This document shows positions 1 to 4,879 of a DNA stretch of 4,879 nucleotides, piece by piece. The stretch lies in the IMG/VR virus record IMGVR_UViG_2744054628_000007; one strand, 5' to 3'. How positions within the stretch are numbered: the stretch's first letter is position 1; the number at the start of each line of letters is the position of its first letter. Below the pieces are notes generated by a model that was given only the letters and a program-made list of their open reading frames with translations, did not search any database and had not been told where the DNA came from. Both the position numbers and the translations under genes were made by a program. The DNA comes from a virus (Duplodnaviria > Heunggongvirae > Uroviricota > Caudoviricetes).

Positions 1-184
1 CATCAAAGCAGTCTGTCAGTCAGTGCGTGAAGCCACCACCGCCTCCGGCGTGGATAATGCAGCCTCCCCCCGACTGGCAGACACCGCTGAACGGGATTAT
101 TTCACCCTCCGGGAACGACTGGTAATGATGCAGGCCCAACTTGAAGGTGCTCAGCAATACATAACCGAGCAGTGTTTAAAGTAA
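1..184 (+). CDS. rzpR: Rz-family i-spanin (phage lysis), 3' end only; the gene starts upstream of the window
   Basis: Codons read from nt 2 give IKAVCQSVREATTASGVDNAASPRLADTAERDYFTLRERLVMMQAQLEGAQQYITEQCLK, with the TAA stop at 182-184. From memory this is nearly identical to the C-terminus of lambda Rz. The position immediately upstream of trkG matches rzpR of the Rac prophage. Confidence 0.9.
   Translation, partial: IKAVCQSVREATTASGVDNAASPRLADTAERDYFTLRERLVMMQAQLEGAQQYITEQCLK
3..125 (+). CDS. rzoR: Rz1-family o-spanin lipoprotein, 3' end only, nested out of frame inside the Rz gene
   Basis: Codons read from nt 3 give SKQSVSQCVKPPPPPAWIMQPPPDWQTPLNGIISPSGNDW, with the TAA stop at 123-125. 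The proline-rich sequence matches my memory of lambda Rz1 (…QCVKPPPPPAWIMQPPPDWQTPLNGIISPS…). The nested +1 arrangement is the classic Rz/Rz1 architecture. Confidence 0.85.
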   Translation, partial: SKQSVSQCVKPPPPPAWIMQPPPDWQTPLNGIISPSGNDW

Positions 185-321
185 AATCTTAACTACAATA
201 TGATTCATTTTGATGATTGTTTCATAAGGAACAGTGAAGTAAGATCTAAGAGGAGTTAAATTTTATACAGTATAATCATAATATTGCAGCAAGGTGGTTA
301 TAATTGAAAGAATATTTAGAT
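185..321 (+). promoter_or_regulatory. AT-rich upstream region of trkG with candidate -10 hexamers and a ribosome-binding site
   Basis: Two perfect TATAAT hexamers lie at 271-276 and 299-304, and AAGGTGG lies at 291-297. I found no convincing -35 at 17-nt spacing, so the promoter assignment is tentative. Confidence 0.3.
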
Positions 322-1779
322 ATGAATACATCTCATGTAAGAGTTGTTACTCATATGTGTGGGTTCCTGGTTTGGCTCTATAGTCTTTCAATGTTGCCAC
401 CAATGGTTGTAGCATTGTTTTATAAAGAAAAAAGCCTGTTCGTTTTCTTTATAACTTTCGTTATATTTTTTTGCATTGGTGGCGGAGCGTGGTATACAAC
501 TAAGAAATCTGGCATTCAATTACGTACCCGTGATGGGTTTATTATAATTGTAATGTTTTGGATTTTGTTTTCTGTTATTAGTGCATTCCCTTTATGGATT
601 GACTCAGAACTTAATTTAACGTTCATTGATGCTCTGTTTGAAGGGGTTTCTGGAATAACAACAACAGGAGCAACTGTAATTGATGATGTTAGTTCATTAC
701 CTCGGGCATATTTGTACTATCGGTCACAGTTAAATTTTATAGGTGGTTTAGGAGTTATTGTTCTGGCGGTTGCTGTATTGCCATTATTGGGTATTGGTGG
801 TGCAAAGCTTTATCAGTCAGAAATGCCGGGGCCATTTAAGGATGACAAACTCACTCCCCGCCTGGCCGATACGTCACGGACACTGTGGATAACTTATTCT
901 TTATTAGGTATTGCTTGTATTGTCTGTTATAGACTTGCAGGAATGCCTTTGTTTGATGCTATTTGTCACGGGATTTCCACAGTTTCGCTTGGTGGTTTCT
1001 CAACTCATAGCGAGAGTATCGGATATTTTAATAACTATTTGGTTGAGCTGGTGGCTGGTTCTTTTTCCCTGCTATCGGCTTTCAACTTCACTCTTTGGTA
1101 TATTGTTATTAGCAGGAAAACGATAAAACCTTTAATCAGAGATATTGAACTTCGTTTCTTTCTGTTAATAGCCTTAGGGGTGATCATTGTTACCTCTTTC
1201 CAGGTCTGGCATATAGGTATGTATGACTTGCATGGAAGTTTTATTCATTCGTTTTTTCTTGCCAGCTCCATGCTCACTGATAATGGTTTAGCTACGCAGG
1301 ATTATGCAAGTTGGCCCACGCACACGATAGTGTTTTTGCTGTTGTCAAGTTTCTTTGGGGGATGTATAGGTTCAACTTGTGGTGGAATTAAGTCACTTCG
1401 ATTTCTTATACTTTTCAAACAAAGCAAACACGAGATAAATCAGCTTTCTCATCCCAGAGCGTTGTTGAGTGTAAATGTAGGAGGGAAGATAGTTACAGAT
1501 CGTGTAATGAGGTCTGTATGGAGTTTCTTTTTTCTTTATACTCTCTTCACGGTGTTTTTTATACTGGTGTTAAATGGTATGGGATATGATTTTCTTACAT
1601 CATTTGCAACAGTGGCTGCATGTATTAATAATATGGGATTAGGTTTTGGGGCTACTGCATCGTCATTCGGAGTGCTTAATGACATTGCAAAATGTTTAAT
1701 GTGCATAGCTATGATTCTTGGTCGCCTTGAAATTTATCCTGTTATTATATTGTTTTCAGGTTTTTTTTGGCGCTCCTAA
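322..1779 (+). CDS. trkG: Trk-system K+ uptake membrane protein TrkG (TrkH/TrkG family), a prophage-borne moron
   Basis: The 485-aa product from ATG 322 (MNTSHVRVVTHMCGFLVW…FFWRS) is recognised as E. coli Rac-prophage TrkG. It is a polytopic membrane protein with four P-loop-like segments typical of TrkH/KtrB: GVSGITTTGAT, STVSLGGFST, MLTDNGLAT and INNMGLGFG. An in-frame TTG at 304 with a better Shine-Dalgarno (SD) sequence is an alternative start. Confidence 0.96.
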   Translation: MNTSHVRVVTHMCGFLVWLYSLSMLPPMVVALFYKEKSLFVFFITFVIFFCIGGGAWYTTKKSGIQLRTRDGFIIIVMFWILFSVISAFPLWIDSELNLTFIDALFEGVSGITTTGATVIDDVSSLPRAYLYYRSQLNFIGGLGVIVLAVAVLPLLGIGGAKLYQSEMPGPFKDDKLTPRLADTSRTLWITYSLLGIACIVCYRLAGMPLFDAICHGISTVSLGGFSTHSESIGYFNNYLVELVAGSFSLLSAFNFTLWYIVISRKTIKPLIRDIELRFFLLIALGVIIVTSFQVWHIGMYDLHGSFIHSFFLASSMLTDNGLATQDYASWPTHTIVFLLLSSFFGGCIGSTCGGIKSLRFLILFKQSKHEINQLSHPRALLSVNVGGKIVTDRVMRSVWSFFFLYTLFTVFFILVLNGMGYDFLTSFATVAACINNMGLGFGATASSFGVLNDIAKCLMCIAMILGRLEIYPVIILFSGFFWRS

Positions 1780-1865
1780 TATATGGCTGATTTATAATTG
1801 TGAGTTTAATATTATGTTGACTCACTCATTGATCCAATACCTAACTTTACCAGCAACACCTCCGT

Positions 1866-1900
1866 CCCCAGTAGCACTGGCTGCTGGGGTGCGTTTTATT
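1866..1900 (+). terminator. Rho-independent terminator-like hairpin downstream of trkG
   Basis: CCCCAGTAGC (1866-1875), loop ACTG, GCTGCTGGGG (1880-1889) form a 10-bp stem with one G-U pair. The hairpin is followed by TGCGTTTTATT, with the T-run at 1894-1897. It lies 87 nt after the trkG stop and 17 nt before the next ATG. Confidence 0.6.
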
Positions 1901-1916
1901 CATAAAGCAAGGCTGT

Positions 1917-2708
1917 ATGAGCGAGAAATTAAAGATAGTCTATCGCCCATTACAAGAATTGTCACCGTATGCGCACAACGCCAGGACGCACAGTACTGAG
2001 CAGGTGGCACAACTGGTAGAAAGTATTAAGCAATTCGGCTGGACTAATCCGGTGCTGATTGACGAAAAGGGCGAAATTATTGCGGGTCACGGTCGTGTTA
2101 TGGCGGCTGAAATGCTCAAAATGGATTCTGTTCCGGTCATTGTTCTGTCTGGCCTGACGGATGAGCAGAAAAAGGCGTACCGCCTGGCAGATAATCGCCT
2201 GCCGATGAATGCTGGCTGGGATGAAGATCTGTTGCGGATGGAGCTGTCGGACCTAATCAATGCTGATTTTGATGTCTCCCTGACAGGCTTCATCCCGACA
2301 GAAATTGATGAACTGTTGACGGATGTTTTGCCCGGTACAGGAAATGAGGAGGAGCCGTATACGACGAAAATTGATACGCCTGTTTATGAGCCGTCGGGCG
2401 GTAAACCGGATATCAGTGAACTGTACGACGATACGAAAACTCAGGAGCTGATCAGCCGGATACGTTCGGCGTCCCTTGAGCCTGATATTGAGAAATTCCT
2501 CCTGTGTGCGGCAGAACGTCACACGGTGTTTAATTTCAGCAGAATTGCGGACTATTACGCTCACGCCCCCTCTGAAATTCAGTGTTTTTTCGAGGAGTCG
2601 GCGCTGGTGATCATTGATTATCAGCAGGCTATTGAAAATGGATTTGTCCGGATGACGCAGCGCATGGTGGAGATCATGCATGGTGGTGAGGAGGAGGAAT
2701 ATGCGTGA
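1917..2708 (+). CDS. ynaK: ParB/Srx N-terminal-domain protein (ParB-like nuclease/NTPase fold) with an uncharacterised C-terminal domain; apparently the full-length form of the Rac ynaK locus
   Basis: The 263-aa ORF has a ParB-N pattern across its N-terminal ~135 aa: LSPYAHNARTH, SIKQFGWTNPVLID, IIAGHGRVMAAEML, RLADNR, W, and TGFIPTEIDELL. The gene symbol is assigned by synteny only (directly downstream of trkG, as in K-12 Rac, where I recall ynaK being much shorter). Residues ~135-263 carry no motif I recognise and end in an acidic tail, GGEEEEYA. Confidence 0.8.
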   Translation: MSEKLKIVYRPLQELSPYAHNARTHSTEQVAQLVESIKQFGWTNPVLIDEKGEIIAGHGRVMAAEMLKMDSVPVIVLSGLTDEQKKAYRLADNRLPMNAGWDEDLLRMELSDLINADFDVSLTGFIPTEIDELLTDVLPGTGNEEEPYTTKIDTPVYEPSGGKPDISELYDDTKTQELISRIRSASLEPDIEKFLLCAAERHTVFNFSRIADYYAHAPSEIQCFFEESALVIIDYQQAIENGFVRMTQRMVEIMHGGEEEEYA

Positions 2709-3633
2709 TGATTTTTGCGCCTTTATTCTGACTCACGGGCGACCGGACAAAGTTCTGACTTACCGGACGTTGCGTCGTGCTGGCTATACCGGGAAAATTT
2801 TTATCGTTGTTGATGATGAAGATAAGACACGGCATCAGTACATGGCTGAATTTGGTGAACAGGTGCTGGTGTTTTCCAAAGCCGATATCGCCAGTCGTTT
2901 TGACGAAGCCGATAATTTCTGTGACCGCCGCTCAATTTTTTACGCCCGTAATGCCTGTTTCGACCTGGCAAAACTGGTCGGGTGTAAATACTTCATTCAG
3001 CTCGATGATGATTATCACGAGTTCCAGTTTCGGGTGGATCGCAACTATGACCAGGCCTATTTTCCGATAAGGAAACTGGATGCGATCCTTTCTGAAATGC
3101 TGGCGTACTACGAATCAATACCTGCTCTTTCCATCGCTATGTCGCAGGGCGGGGATTTTCTTGGTGACAATGGCGGCCATGCTTCGTGGGTGAAACGCAA
3201 GGCAATGAACAGCTTTATCTGTTCGGTTGATCGACCGTTCTCATTCATGGGGCGCATTAACGAGGATGTGAATACGTACACGAATCTCGGTCGCTGTGGT
3301 GAATTGTTTATGACGATCGGTGCTGTCCAGTTAGGGCAGAAACAGACGCAGAAAAACAGCGGCGGAATGACCGAGCTGTATCTGGATTCCGGAACCTACG
3401 TTAAAAGTTTTTACTCCGTCATGTATGCGCCGTCGTGCGTAAAAATCTCACTGATGGGTGCCAGCCATAAACGCATTCACCATCAGGTCACCTGGAACAA
3501 CGCTGCAGTAAAAATCCTTCACGAAAAATACAGGAAGAAGACACCCTGCATATCAATGGGGGTGACAAATGATTCCGTATTCGAAAGTCGAGTCTCTGGC
3601 AGCGTGCCGGATGACTGCACAACAAATCGCTGA
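2701..3633 (+). CDS. Uncharacterised soluble protein with GT-A-like (DxD) nucleotide-sugar transferase signatures; putative glycosyltransferase
   Basis: The 310-aa product from ATG 2701 is preferred over ATG 2680 because GAGGAGGAGG at 2688-2697 is a strong SD. The start overlaps the upstream stop by 8 nt (ATGCGTGA). Motifs: CAFILTHGRPD (res 6-16), KIFIVVDDED (res 32-41), FIQLDDDY (res 98-105, nt 3004-3012 = DDD) and INEDVN (res 186-191). No long hydrophobic segment is present. By position it corresponds to the K-12 Rac ydaY pseudogene locus (from memory). The fold assignment is inferred from motif pattern and spacing, not from a search. Confidence 0.6.
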   Translation: MRDDFCAFILTHGRPDKVLTYRTLRRAGYTGKIFIVVDDEDKTRHQYMAEFGEQVLVFSKADIASRFDEADNFCDRRSIFYARNACFDLAKLVGCKYFIQLDDDYHEFQFRVDRNYDQAYFPIRKLDAILSEMLAYYESIPALSIAMSQGGDFLGDNGGHASWVKRKAMNSFICSVDRPFSFMGRINEDVNTYTNLGRCGELFMTIGAVQLGQKQTQKNSGGMTELYLDSGTYVKSFYSVMYAPSCVKISLMGASHKRIHHQVTWNNAAVKILHEKYRKKTPCISMGVTNDSVFESRVSGSVPDDCTTNR

Positions 3634-3820
3634 CGTTCTGGATGTTGATCTGAACCGACTGAAAGAAAATCGGGAAGCAATGACAGATTTTTATGCGGCC
3701 ATCCGTAAGGGCAGAGCGAAAGGTGAAGCCGAGTTACGAGCGGCATTGTTTAAGCTTGCCAGAAAAGGGGATGCCTTTGCTCTGCGCGAACTACTCAGGG
3801 TGGATAAAAATCAGGACTAA
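3569..3820 (+). CDS. Small helix-turn-helix protein, terminase small-subunit-like / packaging-associated DNA-binding protein
   Basis: The 83-aa ORF has GGGGGTGA (3558-3565) ahead of ATG 3569. The pattern ESLAACRMTAQQIADVLDV…FYAAIRKGRAKGEAELRAALFKLARKGDAFALRELL resembles the HTH plus helical repeat seen in small phage terminase-associated proteins. It ends 3 nt before the terminase ORF. An alternative start is ATG 3611. Confidence 0.6.
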   Translation: MIPYSKVESLAACRMTAQQIADVLDVDLNRLKENREAMTDFYAAIRKGRAKGEAELRAALFKLARKGDAFALRELLRVDKNQD

Positions 3821-3823
3821 CTG

Positions 3824-4810
3824 ATGAGCAGACCGGACTGGGGGGCGTTGCAGCAGGAGTATATTGCTGAATACACCCGCTCCGGTATATCTCCGGTGGC
3901 ATGGTGTGAAGCAAGGGGACTGAATTACGCAACAGCCCGTCGTTACATCAAAAAAACTCCGAAAAATGCGCAGACAGAAATGTGCAAAACTGCGCAAAAA
4001 AGTGCGCAGAAAAAATCTGCGCAGACTGCACAAAAGCGGAACGAAAAATCTCAGGAAAAAAAGCCAGTATTCGATGCGGGCCTGAATGAGGGCGACGCGG
4101 AGGAATTTTCGTTCTGTCCCGATGAATTCGGCATTTCTGACCAGCAGGCTAAGTTTGCGATGCTTGTTGCTCAGGGTAAAAAGCCGACATGCAAGGGGAT
4201 TTGGGAGCATCCAGGTATAAATCAGGGATATTTTGCGCCAACGTATCCCCAAATTCGCGATATTTTTTACCCTACAGTGGAAGAAGTTGCTGCTGACTGG
4301 GGATTGAACGTAAAAATTAATGAGGGAAATAAAGAGGTTCACTTTTATTACGGACGCCAGTATCGGGGAACCACTATCTGCAGATCGATGGAGAAGCCAC
4401 AAACGATCGTCGGTTTCAAAATTGGTAATGCGTTGGTGGATGAACTGGACATTTTGCCGAAGGAAAAAGCCAGAACGGCGTGGCGCAAGATAATTGCACG
4501 TATGCGTTATAAGATTGATGGACTTCGCAACGGTATTGACGTTACAACCACGCCGGAAGGATTCAAATTTGTCTACGAGCAGTTTGTTAAAGCCGTGCGT
4601 GAAAAAACAGAGCTGGCCTCACTGTATGGTCTGGTGCAGGCATCTACTTTCGATAATGAAAAGAACCTGCCAGCAGATTACATTCCTTCGCTTCTTGAAT
4701 CATACCCTCCAGAGCTGATTAAAGCCTATCTTCGAGGACAGTTTACTAACCTGACAAGTGGTACTGTTTACCTGATCTTACCCAGCAATAGTGGACACGC
4801 GGCTAAGTGA
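3824..4810 (+). pseudogene. Phage terminase gene remnant: TerS-like HTH N-terminus joined to a TerL ATPase core, truncated by IS3 (the last 38 nt of the ORF are IS3 sequence)
   Basis: The N-terminus (MSRPDWGALQQEYIAEYTRSGISPVAWCEARGLNYATARRYIKK, plus ISDQQAKFAMLVAQGK) resembles a terminase small subunit. From about residue 135 the sequence shows TerL ATPase features: YFAPTYPQIRDIF, Walker B ALVDELD (nt 4430-4450) and TTTPEG (nt 4544-4561). No GxxxxGK[ST] Walker A is present anywhere. The phage-derived reading frame ends at nt 4772 (…TSGTVY) and continues into the IS3 inverted repeat (LILPSNSGHAAK, stop at 4808-4810). No nuclease domain lies within the window. Confidence 0.75.
3950..4063. repeat. 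Phased array of palindromic TGCGCA hexamers interleaved with A-tracts, inside the terminase ORF
   Basis: Perfect TGCGCA hexamers start at 3967, 3991, 4003 and 4018. One-mismatch copies are TGTGCA at 3981 and TGCACA at 4027. Successive spacings are 14, 10, 12, 15 and 9 nt. A-runs of 4-7 nt lie between them and flank the array, for example at 3950-3956, 3962-3966, 3996-4001, 4010-4015 and 4055-4062. The region encodes the peptide repeat NAQTE/TAQKS/AQKKS/AQTAQK. Confidence 0.7.
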
Positions 4811-4879
4811 GTAAACTCTCAGTCAGAGGTGACTCACATGACAAAAACAGTATCAACCAGTAAAAAACCCCGTAAACAG
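4773..4879 (+). mobile_element. IS3 left end (IRL plus the start of orfA), continuing beyond the window
   Basis: From memory, the sequence from 4773 (TGATCTTACCCAGCAATAGTGGACACGCGGCTAAGTGAGTAAACTCTCAGTCAGAGGTGACTCACATGACAAAAACAG…) is the left terminus of E. coli IS3, starting with the TGATC terminal inverted repeat. Confidence 0.92.
4838..4879 (+). CDS. insE: IS3 transposase OrfA (InsE), first 14 codons only
   Basis: ATG at 4838 is preceded by GAGGTGA (4826-4832). The translation MTKTVSTSKKPRKQ matches the N-terminus of IS3 InsE as I remember it. Confidence 0.9.
   Translation, partial: MTKTVSTSKKPRKQ

Noticed and set aside
186-252. Short inverted match ATCTTA (187-192) / TAAGAT (240-245) upstream of trkG as an operator or insertion scar
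   Set aside because: It is only 6 bp in very AT-rich DNA, which is expected by chance.
911-1126. 71-aa alternative-frame ORF inside trkG
   Set aside because: It is nested out of frame in a confidently identified membrane-protein gene, with no independent signal.
1817-1847. Consensus-like -35 TTGACT (1817-1822) as a promoter for a short RNA ending at the 1866-1900 hairpin, or for the ParB gene
   Set aside because: No acceptable -10 lies at 16-18 nt spacing. The best candidate, TAACTT at 1842-1847, needs a 19-nt spacer and matches poorly. The signal is too weak to call without transcript data.
185-1860. Direct repeats flanking the trkG island (CTTAACT near 189 versus CCTAACT near 1840) as target-site duplication
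   Set aside because: The match is imperfect, 5-6 nt long and in AT-rich sequence, so it is not distinguishable from chance.
1718-1999. 93-aa ORF bridging the trkG 3' end, the intergenic terminator and the ParB gene 5' end
   Set aside because: It runs through a terminator hairpin and overlaps two better-supported genes in other frames. It is most likely a chance ORF.
2087-2681. Two minus-strand ORFs (68 aa and 142 aa) opposite the ParB-domain gene
   Set aside because: Both are antisense shadow ORFs within a well-supported + strand gene. Their products are arginine/serine-rich with no motifs and no start context.
2777-3070. 97-aa alternative-frame ORF inside the GT-A-like gene
   Set aside because: It is out of frame within the longer ORF that carries the coherent motif pattern, and has no SD.
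3519-3746. 75-aa minus-strand ORF across the GT-like/HTH gene junction
   Set aside because: It is antisense to two + strand genes and has no supporting signals.
4352-4375. GRQYRGTT as a possible deviant Walker A (GxxxxGK[ST]-like) in the terminase
   Set aside because: It lacks the invariant lysine. It also lies after the YFAPTYPQ motif and just before Walker B, which is the wrong position for a P-loop. It more likely corresponds to the beta-strand region preceding Walker B.
3791-4402. 203-aa ORF on the minus strand
   Set aside because: It is fully antisense to the terminase ORF. Its F/L/R-rich low-complexity product is the complement-frame image of the A-tract/AQK repeat region. It has no ribosome-binding site or recognisable motif, so I treat it as a shadow ORF.
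4494-4718. 74-aa alternative-frame ORF inside the terminase ORF
   Set aside because: It is out of frame within the region bearing the TerL motifs, so it is a chance ORF.
1-4879. CRISPR arrays, tRNA/rRNA genes, integrase/att sites
   Set aside because: I found no spaced identical repeats of 24-40 nt, no cloverleaf-compatible segments and no recombinase ORF in any frame of this window.

Overview
This window looks like a segment of a Rac-like cryptic lambdoid prophage of Escherichia/Shigella. All credible genes are on the + strand. In order: (1) the 3' end of the nested Rz/Rz1 spanin lysis pair (1-184); (2) an AT-rich trkG potassium-transporter moron (322-1779), with an AT-rich upstream region and a hairpin plus T-tract terminator (1866-1900); (3) two translationally coupled, uncharacterised genes, a ParB/Srx N-domain protein (1917-2708) and a soluble protein with GT-A-like DxD glycosyltransferase signatures (2701-3633); (4) a small HTH terminase-associated protein (3569-3820); (5) a terminase ORF (3824 onward) that reads like a TerS-like N-terminus joined to a TerL ATPase core with no Walker A, cut at nt 4772/4773 by the left end of IS3 (4773-4879, insE start at 4838). 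The best candidate for an undescribed system is the ParB-N + GT-A-like cassette. It sits between the lysis and packaging modules and stays intact while the packaging genes next to it are degraded. I read it as a possible DNA-targeted modification module or a defence/anti-defence module, but this rests on motif patterns and gene context only. A phased TGCGCA/A-tract repeat array inside the terminase gene is a second item worth checking as a possible pac or terminase-binding site. I saw no tRNA, rRNA or CRISPR array.
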